Part shown: piece by piece, positions 1-9,834 of the stretch | Numbering within the stretch: the stretch's first letter is position 1 | Layout: the number at the start of each line of letters is the position of its first letter | Origin: Gemmatimonadaceae bacterium | Lineage (GTDB): Bacteria > Gemmatimonadota > Gemmatimonadetes > Gemmatimonadales > Gemmatimonadaceae | Direction: 5' to 3' | Assembly: GCA_040901985.1 (NCBI GenBank) | Contig: JBBDYC010000008.1 | Span: 112,490 to 176,489, forward strand | Length of the DNA: 64,000 nucleotides | Translations under genes and position numbers: made by a program | Notes under the pieces: model-generated | Database searches by the model: none | The model's input: only the letters and a program-made list of their open reading frames with translations | Told to the model about the DNA's origin: nothing

Positions 1-1023
1 GAGGGCGACGAACGCCATCAGCATTGCGGCGACGTTGATCGCGAGCTGCACGCCCTGCGCGGCGCCGTTGGCCGCCGCCTCGATCACGCCGCCGTCGGGC
101 GAGCCCTTGCCCACGTTGAGGAACGACCAGCGCCCTGGCTTCTTCGGCGCGTCTTTCATCGCGCCCGCGGCGTCGCCGATCCCGCTCTGCGTCACCGGCA
201 CTCCCGTCTCCGGCAGGAGGATCTTCGAGAGCACGAGTCCGGCCGGCGCATTCATCACGCTCGCCGCGAGCAGGTGGCTCGCGATCCCCGGGAACCAGCC
301 CGAGAGCATTCCGACGTATGCGGCGAGCACGCCGCCGGCCACCGTCGCAAAGCCGCCGACCATCACCGTGTTGAGTTCGCTGCGCGTCATCGAGCCGATG
401 AACGGCTTGATCAGCAGCGGCGACTCCGTCTGTCCGAGGAAGATGTTCCCCGACGCGCTGAGCGTCTCGGCTCCCGACGTCTTGAGCGTCTTCTGCATCA
501 CCCAAGCGAGACTCTTCACGATCAGCTGCATCACGCCGAGGTAGTAGAGCACCGACATCAACGCCGAGAAGAAGATGATGGTCGGCAGGACATTGAAGGC
601 GAAGTAAGCGCCGGTCTGGGCGACCATCGCCGCCGCCCCCTCGTCCGCGGCCCCGGCCGCCGGCACCACCGGCACGGTGGACTGCACCAGGTTCCCGAAG
701 ACGAAGCGCGCGCCCTGCTCCTGGAAGCCGAGGAGTCCGGTGATCGCCGCCCCGACCTTCTGGAAGACCACCCGTCCGACCTCGGTCTTGAGGACAATCA
801 GGCCGAATACGGCCTGCAGGCCGACGCCCGACGCGACGAGTTTCCAGTTGATTGCCTTGCGATTGTATGACATCGCGACGGCGAGCGCGAGCATCGTCGC
901 GATGCCGACAAGCCCCATCAGGCGGCTGGTGAACGGGACGTCGAGGCCGGCCTGTGCGTCGGCAAGACGTTCGGCGGCGGTCTGGAGCAGGGGGATCACG
1001 GTCGCGCTGGACGGCACGAGCAT
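1..1023 (-). CDS. nupC: NupC/CNT-family concentrative nucleoside transporter (3' end outside window)
   Basis: Manual minus-strand translation from ATG at 1023 (GGAG upstream): ...LALAVAMSYNRKAINWKLVASGVGLQ...FAFNVLPTIIFFSALMSVLYYLGVMQ...GNIFLGQTESPL...HLLAASVMNAPA, typical CNT motifs. Confidence 0.88.
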   Translation of the reverse strand, partial: MLVPSSATVIPLLQTAAERLADAQAGLDVPFTSRLMGLVGIATMLALAVAMSYNRKAINWKLVASGVGLQAVFGLIVLKTEVGRVVFQKVGAAITGLLGFQEQGARFVFGNLVQSTVPVVPAAGAADEGAAAMVAQTGAYFAFNVLPTIIFFSALMSVLYYLGVMQLIVKSLAWVMQKTLKTSGAETLSASGNIFLGQTESPLLIKPFIGSMTRSELNTVMVGGFATVAGGVLAAYVGMLSGWFPGIASHLLAASVMNAPAGLVLSKILLPETGVPVTQSGIGDAAGAMKDAPKKPGRWSFLNVGKGSPDGGVIEAAANGAAQGVQLAINVAAMLMAFVAL

Positions 1024-1095
1024 CGAGGTCTCCACGGGGAGCGGATCGGACGCGGAACGGGGATGGCGGGGCCGGAGTGAAGCTACGGCCGGCGG

Positions 1096-1569
1096 TCAGC
1101 CGCCGCGAGCGGCGCGCCAGGCGGCCAGCGCGCCAGCGGCGCTGCGCTGGACCTTCGCGCGCAGGAGCGGCGACCAGCCGAGTGCCCAGCCGATCGGGCC
1201 GAGCGCCTGGCGGGACCAGCGCCAGAACGAGAAGCGGTCAATGTGCCGGACAATCCGCTGATCGCGGAAGTGGAACTCGGCGCGGATGCGGTTGTGCACC
1301 TTTCGGCCGGTGGCGGAGAAGGTGTACCGCGCCTCCCAGCGCGCGCTTCCCGTGGCGTCGTCGGCCGCGACGTCGGAGAACTCGACCTGCAGGTCCCGTC
1401 CGCGTGCAACGAGCATCGCCCACATCGCGCCGACCTCGGCCCCGCGGAGGTCGGGAAACGCGGGGTCGGAGAAATGGGCGTCGGGGTGGTAGCACGCCGC
1501 CATTGCCTCGGCGTCACGCCGTTGGAAGGCGTGGTAGAAGTGCTCAATCAGCTGTCGGTGCGCCAGCAT
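1096..1569 (-). CDS. SnoaL/NTF2-like family protein
   Basis: FYHAFQRRDAEAMAACYHPDAHFSDPAF...WEARYTF...HIDRFSFWRWSRQALG. Confidence 0.85.
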   Translation of the reverse strand: MLAHRQLIEHFYHAFQRRDAEAMAACYHPDAHFSDPAFPDLRGAEVGAMWAMLVARGRDLQVEFSDVAADDATGSARWEARYTFSATGRKVHNRIRAEFHFRDQRIVRHIDRFSFWRWSRQALGPIGWALGWSPLLRAKVQRSAAGALAAWRAARGG

Positions 1570-1606
1570 CCCGATATATATGAACGCCGGGTCGTCGCGG
1601 CACCAT

Positions 1607-1781
1607 TACCGAGCGCCGCGGCTGGGACGCCGCCTTCATAGGCGGCGCGGCCGAGGAAGCCGCTGGCGATCGTCTGGAGGAATCGCACCGGCGTACCACC
1701 GCGCGCCACTCCCAGCAGCAGCCCGGCGGCGAGGTCGAAGATGCCGGCAACGAAACCGCCGACGAGGATCGGACGAAGCAC
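1607..1781 (-). pseudogene. Probable 3'-truncated small membrane protein gene
   Basis: ILVGGFVAGIFDL...TPVRFLQTIASGFLGRAAYEGGVPAAALG resembles the N-half of a multi-TM hypothetical family, then runs into non-hydrophobic sequence overlapping the next gene. Confidence 0.45.
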
Positions 1782-1863
1782 TGCAAGCTCCGGGAGACGG
1801 GAAGTCCGTTCACTCTACCGCCGCTGCCGGATTCCTGTCACAGGCATCGGTTCGCCGCGTCCG

Positions 1864-2232
1864 TCAGCTCACCGTGGACGTGCAGTGCCCGCAGCGGGTG
1901 GCGCGGATCGGGATGTCGGAGAGGCAGTGCGGGCACTCCTTGGTGGACGGCGGCGGCGGTACCGGCGACGGCGCGCGATTCATCCTGTTCATTGCCTTGA
2001 TCAGGAGGAAGATGCAGAACGCGACAATCGTGAAATCCACGACCGTGTTGATGAACGACCCGTAGGCGATGACCGCCGCGCCCGCCTCCCTGACCTGGGC
2101 AATCGAGGTCAGTCCCGCGGTCTTCGACGGCTCGAGGCTGATGAAGAGGTCGCGGAAGTTGACGTTCCCGAGGAGCTTGCCGAGCGGGGGCATCAGCAGG
2201 TCGGCGACGAGCGAACTGACGATCTTGCCGAA
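1864..2232 (-). pseudogene. mscL: mscL, 5'-truncated (C-terminal zinc-ribbon variant)
   Basis: In frame FGKIVSSLVADLLMPPLG...YGSFINTVVDFTIVAFCIFLLIKAMNR plus CPHC/CGHC tail; conserved N-terminus (EFKxF...GNVxDLAVGVIIG) and a nearby start codon are absent. Confidence 0.75.
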
Positions 2233-2314
2233 CCCATCGAGCGCTCCGGTTCCGGCGTGGTACAGCGGTGTCGGCAGCTTCCGAAAAGCTACGACCGTGC
2301 CCGCCCCGCCCGCC

Positions 2315-2989
2315 CTACTTGGCGAACACTTTCTGGGAGAGCTGCTGCATCGCGTCCATTGCCGTCTTCGGCGCCTCGCCCTTGACCAGCCAGGAGACAG
2401 CGAACGCGATGATCGCGACCGTTTCGGGCCAGAAGATGTCGACGCCGGTGAGCATCGAACTCGCCGCCCAGAGCACGGCGAGGATCATCACGATCCCACA
2501 GGCGAGGCAGATGTCATCGCGCCGGCGCTTGTCGGGCGGACGGTCGGCTCGCGCGGGGATGCTCGACTTTCGGAAGAGCCAGACCGCGAAGACGATGAAG
2601 CAGATGAAGAGGCCCACCGCCGAGACGTAATGGATGACCGTCGTGGTCTCGCTCCACCACGTCGGCGGCATGACGCCGTCAGGCGCCGTGGTCGGGAAGA
2701 GCGCCACGCCGATCGCGGCAAGGCCGGCGACCTTCCCAATCCGCCGGTCCGCCAAGTCGTCCTTGTAGCCGCGATAGGTGACGAGAAAAAGCGCCAGCGC
2801 GAAGAGCACGCCGACAAACATCCCGACGGCGCCCGTGTGATAGTAGGCGCTGACCGACGGCAGGAGCTGCCAGGGCTCGAGGCCGTCGGTCGGGCGGATC
2901 CCCGCCAGGCCGTAGATGAGGAACGGCAGGAGCAGGCCGAGGTAGCCGATGAGCTGTTGATGCGCCTTCTGTGTGAGACCGGGCGACAT
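2315..2989 (-). CDS. Multi-pass membrane protein (DUF998-like)
   Basis: ATG at 2989; SVSAYYHT, VALFPT, IHYVSA, FWPETVAIIAFAVSWLVKG; about 6 TM segments. Confidence 0.7.
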   Translation of the reverse strand: MSPGLTQKAHQQLIGYLGLLLPFLIYGLAGIRPTDGLEPWQLLPSVSAYYHTGAVGMFVGVLFALALFLVTYRGYKDDLADRRIGKVAGLAAIGVALFPTTAPDGVMPPTWWSETTTVIHYVSAVGLFICFIVFAVWLFRKSSIPARADRPPDKRRRDDICLACGIVMILAVLWAASSMLTGVDIFWPETVAIIAFAVSWLVKGEAPKTAMDAMQQLSQKVFAK

Positions 2990-3015
2990 GCGGCTACCGC
3001 GGACCTCGCAGCACG

Positions 3016-3519
3016 TCAGGGTGTGCGGGTCGCCGGAGGTGTAGGGGGCGGCGCAGTGACGGGAAGGATCACTGCCACGCCGCCATTCGCCGAGCAGCGC
3101 GTGGCGCTCGGCTGGCCGGTCAGGTAGGTCCCGTCCTTGCATCGCATCGTCGCGTCGGCGGGCGGCGGGCCACTGTTCGTTGCGGTCGTTCCCTCCGTGG
3201 CGCGCGATTCGGCCGCCGGTGAGGCAAGCTGCGACGGCGTAGCGCGCGGCGGCGGCACCACGAGCTTTACGCCGCCGCGTGTCGCGCACTCCGCGGTCGT
3301 CGCCGGCGCAACGACGAAGCTGCCGTCGTTGCAGAGCGCGACCGCGTTGGCCGGGGGCGGAGCAGGGGCCGGGGTCGCGGCCTCGGGTGGGGGCACGGGT
3401 GGCGCGGCGACTGGTGCCGGCGGCGCGCTCGGCTGCGGGCGCGCGGGCGCACCCTGCGCCTCAAGCGCCGCTGCGGCGAGGAGTACGGTCAGCGAGGCAA
3501 ATACAATGCGTTGGGTCAT
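3016..3519 (-). CDS. Secreted Pro-rich protein with two DUF3761-like Cys motifs
   Basis: ATG 3519 overlaps the upstream stop (ATGA); signal peptide; ALCNDGS...CATRGGV and MRCKDGT...CSANGGV. Confidence 0.7.
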   Translation of the reverse strand: MTQRIVFASLTVLLAAAALEAQGAPARPQPSAPPAPVAAPPVPPPEAATPAPAPPPANAVALCNDGSFVVAPATTAECATRGGVKLVVPPPRATPSQLASPAAESRATEGTTATNSGPPPADATMRCKDGTYLTGQPSATRCSANGGVAVILPVTAPPPTPPATRTP

Positions 3520-6500
3520 GGGCTGTTCACGGTGATGGTGCTGTTGTACGTCTGGTAGTTGGTCGCGGAGATGCTGACATTCGCCGTGCCGCCCGAGACT
3601 CGCTTGAGCCAGAAGGACACGCTGTACTGGTCCTGCGGCACCACGACGCTGGTGATCGGCGTACTCGCTGTCCCGCCGGAAACGAACTGCAGGTTGGCGT
3701 CCACGCTGAGCGTGAACGTCGTGGCCGCGCTGACGTAGCGAATCGTACTGTTCGGCGCCCTGGTGTAGAGCGTCACCTGCACCGAATCGCTGTTGAGCGT
3801 CGTCGGCCAGCCGCCGATGCCGTCCACACGGCCCTGGCCGACGACGACCGGGCCGAGGACGGAATTGTGGCCTGTCGCGCTGAAGGTAATCGTGTCCACT
3901 CCCGCGGCGATCCCGCTCAGGCGGAAGTCGCGATAGTAACTGCTGGCCGGGATCGTCACGGTGTCGGCGGTGCTCGTGGCGGCGGTCTTGTGGGCGAGCG
4001 CGACCGCGAGCGGCGACGTCTGCCAGTCCGGAGTGTAGACGTACTCCGTGCTCCACTGCCCGATCCCCAGCTGCACCGGTGTGGTCCAGCTCAGCGTGAG
4101 CGAGGGGGTCGTGACGGAGAAGTTCAGGGTACCCGTGCCGTACCGGTACGACTCGACGCGGGCGTCGGTCGCCGAGAGCTGGGCGCTACCGGCGGCCACC
4201 GGGTGGTAGCGGGCGCTGTTGTTGTAGTAGCCGCCCGCCGGAATGGTCACCGTCGCCGAGTCCACTGTCGCGACCTCTACGCTTGACGAGGCAAGCGTGA
4301 CGACGACCGGCTCATTCACGTAGTGCGAGGTGCCATTCGCGTCGGTCGCGTAGACGGTGATGGTCTGCGGGCCGGAGGTGGTCCGTACCGAGGTGCTCGC
4401 GTAGATGACGAACTTCGGCGCGGTCACCTCCTGGTTCACGGTCGCGCCACTGTACCCGAGCGCGCTCGCCTGAATCTGGATGGTCCCGACCACGTCGTGC
4501 GCGGTGATCTGGAAGTAGGTGTAGTAGGCCCCGACCGGGATGATCACGCTGTCCGGCACCGTCGCCACCGACCGGTCGGTGCTGACAAGGTAGACGACGA
4601 GCGGCGAGTCCGTGATGTAGTTCGGCACCTGTACGTAGGCGCCGTACTGACCATTGTTCTGCCGCATCCCGAGGCGCGGCGTGCCATTGTAGAGCGAGAG
4701 CGACGGTCCAGTGACGGTCGTGGTGTTCGTCGTGTCCGCCGCGTAGCCACTGGCCAGCGAGTCCGTGACGATCATTGCCGCGGTGCCGGGGCCGACGAAG
4801 GCCACGCCAGCGCTCGCGTAGTACTGCGTGGGCAGGATGCGAACGGACGCCGCCGTCGGCTGGATGACCGAGCTGTTGGTGGACGTCACCTCCACGACCA
4901 CCGTGTCGAGCACGTAGTGGCTGGTCCCCACGCTGTCCGTCGCGTAGACGAGGAAGCTCGTCGGCGGCGAGGTCGTCGTCGCGCTTCCCGGGAGGTTCGA
5001 CGCCACCAATCGAGTGGACGTCACCCTCACGATTGCCGTGTCGGGGAGGTAATCGGGTGCCGAGGCGATCAGTGTGTCAACGCCGAAACCGAGGCCGGCG
5101 GTCCCGAAGTAGCGGTAGTACGTCCCCGCCGGGATGTCCGGCGTGGTAGTCGTCAGCGAATCGATCGCCGCGTTGGTCTGCGTGATCGTCACCGGGATCG
5201 TGTCGGAGCGGGACGTCGGGATGGAGACGTAGAACTGCTGGGGGTGCGACGCCTGACGCCGTCCGAGGCGATAGGTCGAGAAGCTGAAGCTGAGTTTCGG
5301 CACGCGGACGGTATACGAGACCGTGTCCGCCCCGTGCCCCGGCGCGCTCGCGATGACCTGTGCCGTCCCGACCCCGACGATGGTCACCGGGGTGCCGCTC
5401 ACGTAGTACTGGCCGGCCGGGATCGTGTCGAGGGGCACCACCCGCACGACATTCGTGTCGGTCGAGACGTAGGTGATCTCGAGCGGCGCGAGCCGGTAAT
5501 AGGCGTACCCGGTCGAATCGGTGGAGTACACCGTCACGCTCGTCGGCGCCGCGAAGTTGTCGTAGGTGCCGCCGCCAGACAGCGAGACCTTCGGTGTCGT
5601 CACGCGGAAGGTCGCGGTGTCGGGCTCGTGCCCGGCCGTCGTCGCGATCAGCGTCACCTGACCGACCGCCAGCCCCGCGAGGTTGAAGTACTGGTAGTAG
5701 CTGCCCGCCGGGATCACGACCGAGTCGGGGACCCCGGCAATCGCCGGGTCGGAGTTCTGGATGAATACCGTGCGTGCCGTCGCCGTATAGTTGGGGATCT
5801 GGACGTACGCATTCCGGTACTCCTGGCCCGCGCCCACGCGCAGTTGCGAGAAGCCGAACGAGAGCTTCGGCCCGTTCACCGTGATCTGCACGGAGTCCAC
5901 CCCGTGGCCGGCCGCCGAGGCGCGAATCCAAGCCGAGCCGATTTCGCCTCCGGGGACGATCCTCACGTCACTCGTGTAATACGCACCGGCGTTCACGGTC
6001 GCGCTCGGTGTGTTAACGCGCACGATCATCGTGTCCGAGGACTCGATCGCGACGACCAGCGGGTTGACGCGATAGTAGGCGGTCCCGACCGAGTCGCGCA
6101 CGTACACGGTCAGGTTGCTCTCCGGCGACGTCGTCGTCCGCGTCTGGTTGCAGCAGAGGTCAATCTTGGGCGTCGAGACCGTGAGGAGAATCGAGTCGGC
6201 GGTGAATCCGGGTGCAGTCGCCGTGACGTAGACCGACCCGGGGACCTTGCCCACCAAGGTGTAGTAGGCGTAGTACCCGCCCGGTGGGATCGTGATGGTC
6301 GATGTCGCCGTCGCGATCGTCGTGTCGCTGCTGGTCATCGTGATCGTGAGCCCGGTGCTCAGATACGTCGGCACCTGGACCCAGAGGTCGGACCGGAACT
6401 GTCCGGCGCCGAGTCGCCACGCCGTGCCGTACGCGTCGAGCACCGCCGCATAGGTGTTGACGGTGGAACTCTGTCCGCTGACACCAGTCGCGACCGGCGT

Positions 6501-9500
6501 CACGGTCGTACCGCCGCCGGCGAGCGCAGTGATCACGACATTGGCCGAGAGCTGGCCGCCCGGGATGAAGGCGGGGTCGGGCGAGATCTCGACGCGTCCC
6601 GCCGTCCCGTACGCGTAGGTGATGTACGTGCCGCCCGCCGGCGACGGGTCGGTGAGCAGGACCTGTGTGCCCACCTCGTCCGTCGCGACGAGCGAGTACG
6701 ACGAGCTGCTGAAGCGCACGGTCGCCTGCACGGCGAGCGACGCCGTGTCACCGGCATATCCGCTGCCCCCGCCGTCGGTGGCAAAGACCTGGGTGAGCCC
6801 GGCGCTGCGGCCGTTGAGCGTCGCGTTCCCCGCGGTTGCACCCGCCGAGATCGTGATGGATGACTGCGAGAAGTAAGCGAACGTGTCGGCCACCGCGAGG
6901 TTCACGGTCACCGGCCCGGTGTGCGGCTTGCTGAGGTAGATCGGGATCGAGACCGAGGCCGAGCGGCCAATCGAGAGCGTGTCGCGGCCGAACGAGATGA
7001 CCGCCGGGACATCGCCGCCAACCGTAATCGTCGCGCCGTTGGAGACGAGCGAGTCCTTGTGCGCCGTGATGATCGCCGTCCCGTTCGCCATACCGGTCAC
7101 GAGCCCGGTTGCGGCATCCACCGTCGCGACGGCCGTCGTGCCCGACACAAAGGTGACGCCGCTGATGGACTGCAGGTAGGAGCCGTCGGGATCCAGGCCG
7201 CGCGCGGTCAGCAGGACCACGCCGCCCGCCGAGATTGATGCGCTGGTGGGCGTCAGCTCGATGCTCGCCAGCACCTGCTGTACCCGCAGCGAGGCGCTGC
7301 CGAGGACGCCCTGCGCGGTGGCGCGGATCGAGGTGAGTCCGTTGGCCAGCGCCTCCGCGCGCGCAGTCGCCGTACCCACCGAATCAAGCACCGCCACCGA
7401 CGGGTTGGACGACTCCCAGGTGAAGATGATGCCGGACATCGGCGCGTCGAGGGTGTCGTACGCCACCGCGCGGTAACTGCGGGTGCGGCCGAGCGCCACG
7501 ACCGTGAAGGTGTCGGTGACGACGAAGCCGATCGAGTCGCGCACGACGGCGATCCGCGTGATCGGTGTCTTGATCGTCACGTTCGCGCTGCCGTAGATCG
7601 TGCCGGCGGTCGCGCGGATCTGGGTGGATCCGAGTCCGACGCCCGTCACGACGCCCGCGGTGTCCACTCCGGCGATCGCCGAGGAGACGACGCTCCAGGT
7701 GAAGGTTGGCTGGGTGAGCATCGGCACGCCGAGTCCGTCCACGGCCTGCGCGTCGAAGTCGAACGAGGCGCCGAGGTAGATCTCCTTCGCGCCCGGCGTC
7801 ACGGTCACCGACGAGAGCCGCTGGTCCACGACGATGCGGGTCGAATCCCGCGTCCCGCCGGCCTCGACCACGTGGATCCAGGCGGCGCCGGGCGCCACGG
7901 CAGTGACGACGCCCGTCGTGTCCACGCTCGCGATCGCCGGCGCATCGCTGCTCCAGGTGTAGCTCCCTTCCACGATGTTCAGGGCGACGTCGCGCGACTG
8001 CACCGTCAGCGCGGTCGTCTCGCCGAGCGACACCAGCGTGTCGAGCGCCGGCGACACGTCGGTTGTGACGATTGGCCCGATCCCGTCGTTCGCGAGCACC
8101 TCGACCGGAGAGCCCTTCAGCCCGTCGGACGAGACGGTCATTGTCTGCGTGCCGCTGGCTTCGCTGAGTGTCCACGTGACGGCCGCTCGGCCCCCCGAAT
8201 CGGTCGGGGTCGAGGCCGAACCGCCGGTCCCTTCGCCCACGGTAAAGGTCACGGTGACGCCAGGGACGCCATTGCCGAACGCGTCCACCACCCGCGCGAC
8301 CACCGGCTCCGGCAGGGTGTCGCCCGGCGGCGCCGTCTGCCCGCCGCCGGACTCGACATAAAGGGAGTCCGCTGCCGCCGCCGTGACCGTGAACGCCAGT
8401 GTCGTTGCGCCGACGAGCCCGCCCGCCGTCGCCTGCAGCGTGTAGTTCCCGCGAATGGTGAGCGTGAGCGAATCGAAGGTCGCGACACCGGCCACGGCGA
8501 CGACGCGCGTCCGGCCGCCAAGCGTCGCGCCCGCCGAGCCGGACGCGATGGCAATCATCACGCTATCGGTGAACGTCGGCACCAGCACGCCTTCGGCGTC
8601 CCGCGCCTCCACGACGACCGGCGACAGCACTGCCCCGGCCTCGACGGACTCCGGCGGCTGCGTGGTCACCGCCAGTTGCGTCGGGCCGCTCCACTCGGCG
8701 GTCGCGTTGACCACGAGCGAGGTCGCGCCCGTCGCGCTCACGGTCACTGACTGCGTGCCGACCGTGGCGCCGAGCGTCCAGCGGAACGCCGCCTGACCGA
8801 GCGTGTCCGTGACCAGTGTGGCGGATGACACACTGCCACCGCCCGTCGTCACCGCCACCGTCAGCGATTCGGCGGCCATCCCGAGTCCGTCCGTCGCGTT
8901 GAGCCGCACGCGGATCGAATCGGCGAGCGGCTGCCCGGTGTCGCCGGTCTGGTTGCCGCCGGCGAGGAGCGCGATGGCGCTCGGCTTCGGCAGGATCATC
9001 ACGATCCCGACTGCCTCGGCGCTGCCGTCCACGAGCGCGGCGCGGATGCGTGCCGCCCCACGTGCGGGGAGCGTGCTTCCGGCTCCGGCGGGAGTGACGG
9101 TCGCGCGCGTCGGGTCGAGCGCGCTGTACACGATCGGTGCCGTGGAGACAACGCTGTCGCCCGCAACGTGATAGGCCGTCGCGGTGAAGCTGAACGGGTC
9201 GCCGGCGATGAGGGTGATTGTATCCGGCGCAATCGTGATCGAGTCGGCGTTCGCCCCAGGTCCGGTGTAGGTGAGCGGTACCTCGGTGGGGGCGGGTGCC
9301 ACCCCGCCCGTGCTCGTCGGCACGGCAATCACGTCCACCGGGCCGCCGCGGAAGACGGTGTCGCCGGCGGCGTTGATGTAGCGAAGGAAGAGTCGGAGCG
9401 GCTCGCCGGTCGCCGGCGCCGAGTTCGAAAGCTCGATCCTCAGGGCGAGCGAGAGCTCCTGCTGTCCGGCTGGGAACAGAACGACCGTGTCGAGCGCGAC

Positions 9501-9752
9501 CGCGCCGCTGGTGCGCAGGAAGAGAATGCGCACGCGCTCGAAGGGAACGACGGAACCGGCTCCCGCCTCGATCGAGGCCAGTGGCCCGGGGAACGCGGCG
9601 ATGAACGACAGCCCGGTGGCGTAGCGCGGAGTGACGCCGTCGAGCGGCCCGGTGACCTCACGCCCGCAACTGAGGAGCGAGAGCGCAAACAGTCCACCCA
9701 GCAACAACGCCGGGCGGACGGTCAGGGCGGAGCCTCGGAGTGAACCCTTCAC
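3516..9752 (-). CDS. Giant surface lipoprotein with Big_1/Big_2 Ig-like domains and Tyr-rich C-terminal repeats
   Basis: 2078 aa; lipobox LLSC; GGNQTG...TDxxGxA and WxSSxPxVAxV Ig motifs; five RLGxGQ-anchored units. Confidence 0.85.
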   Translation of the reverse strand: MKGSLRGSALTVRPALLLGGLFALSLLSCGREVTGPLDGVTPRYATGLSFIAAFPGPLASIEAGAGSVVPFERVRILFLRTSGAVALDTVVLFPAGQQELSLALRIELSNSAPATGEPLRLFLRYINAAGDTVFRGGPVDVIAVPTSTGGVAPAPTEVPLTYTGPGANADSITIAPDTITLIAGDPFSFTATAYHVAGDSVVSTAPIVYSALDPTRATVTPAGAGSTLPARGAARIRAALVDGSAEAVGIVMILPKPSAIALLAGGNQTGDTGQPLADSIRVRLNATDGLGMAAESLTVAVTTGGGSVSSATLVTDTLGQAAFRWTLGATVGTQSVTVSATGATSLVVNATAEWSGPTQLAVTTQPPESVEAGAVLSPVVVEARDAEGVLVPTFTDSVMIAIASGSAGATLGGRTRVVAVAGVATFDSLTLTIRGNYTLQATAGGLVGATTLAFTVTAAAADSLYVESGGGQTAPPGDTLPEPVVARVVDAFGNGVPGVTVTFTVGEGTGGSASTPTDSGGRAAVTWTLSEASGTQTMTVSSDGLKGSPVEVLANDGIGPIVTTDVSPALDTLVSLGETTALTVQSRDVALNIVEGSYTWSSDAPAIASVDTTGVVTAVAPGAAWIHVVEAGGTRDSTRIVVDQRLSSVTVTPGAKEIYLGASFDFDAQAVDGLGVPMLTQPTFTWSVVSSAIAGVDTAGVVTGVGLGSTQIRATAGTIYGSANVTIKTPITRIAVVRDSIGFVVTDTFTVVALGRTRSYRAVAYDTLDAPMSGIIFTWESSNPSVAVLDSVGTATARAEALANGLTSIRATAQGVLGSASLRVQQVLASIELTPTSASISAGGVVLLTARGLDPDGSYLQSISGVTFVSGTTAVATVDAATGLVTGMANGTAIITAHKDSLVSNGATITVGGDVPAVISFGRDTLSIGRSASVSIPIYLSKPHTGPVTVNLAVADTFAYFSQSSITISAGATAGNATLNGRSAGLTQVFATDGGGSGYAGDTASLAVQATVRFSSSSYSLVATDEVGTQVLLTDPSPAGGTYITYAYGTAGRVEISPDPAFIPGGQLSANVVITALAGGGTTVTPVATGVSGQSSTVNTYAAVLDAYGTAWRLGAGQFRSDLWVQVPTYLSTGLTITMTSSDTTIATATSTITIPPGGYYAYYTLVGKVPGSVYVTATAPGFTADSILLTVSTPKIDLCCNQTRTTTSPESNLTVYVRDSVGTAYYRVNPLVVAIESSDTMIVRVNTPSATVNAGAYYTSDVRIVPGGEIGSAWIRASAAGHGVDSVQITVNGPKLSFGFSQLRVGAGQEYRNAYVQIPNYTATARTVFIQNSDPAIAGVPDSVVIPAGSYYQYFNLAGLAVGQVTLIATTAGHEPDTATFRVTTPKVSLSGGGTYDNFAAPTSVTVYSTDSTGYAYYRLAPLEITYVSTDTNVVRVVPLDTIPAGQYYVSGTPVTIVGVGTAQVIASAPGHGADTVSYTVRVPKLSFSFSTYRLGRRQASHPQQFYVSIPTSRSDTIPVTITQTNAAIDSLTTTTPDIPAGTYYRYFGTAGLGFGVDTLIASAPDYLPDTAIVRVTSTRLVASNLPGSATTTSPPTSFLVYATDSVGTSHYVLDTVVVEVTSTNSSVIQPTAASVRILPTQYYASAGVAFVGPGTAAMIVTDSLASGYAADTTNTTTVTGPSLSLYNGTPRLGMRQNNGQYGAYVQVPNYITDSPLVVYLVSTDRSVATVPDSVIIPVGAYYTYFQITAHDVVGTIQIQASALGYSGATVNQEVTAPKFVIYASTSVRTTSGPQTITVYATDANGTSHYVNEPVVVTLASSSVEVATVDSATVTIPAGGYYNNSARYHPVAAGSAQLSATDARVESYRYGTGTLNFSVTTPSLTLSWTTPVQLGIGQWSTEYVYTPDWQTSPLAVALAHKTAATSTADTVTIPASSYYRDFRLSGIAAGVDTITFSATGHNSVLGPVVVGQGRVDGIGGWPTTLNSDSVQVTLYTRAPNSTIRYVSAATTFTLSVDANLQFVSGGTASTPITSVVVPQDQYSVSFWLKRVSGGTANVSISATNYQTYNSTITVNSP

Positions 9753-9809
9753 CCCCCTAACGTACGGGTCCTGCCCGGGGGACTACAAGTATGGATGTAA
9801 CAGGCCGAC

Positions 9810-9825
9810 CGTGACCCCAGTCACA
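9810..9825. promoter_or_regulatory. CRP/FNR-family-like palindrome
   Basis: TGTGA-ctgggg-TCACG on the minus strand, about 60 nt upstream of the Ig-protein start. Confidence 0.4.
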
Positions 9826-9834
9826 TCTGCCCCC

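Noticed and set aside
4323..6863. Long opposite-strand ORFs (also 22972-25536, 51301-53154, 58828-60459)
   Set aside because: Arg-rich shadow frames typical of high-GC genes
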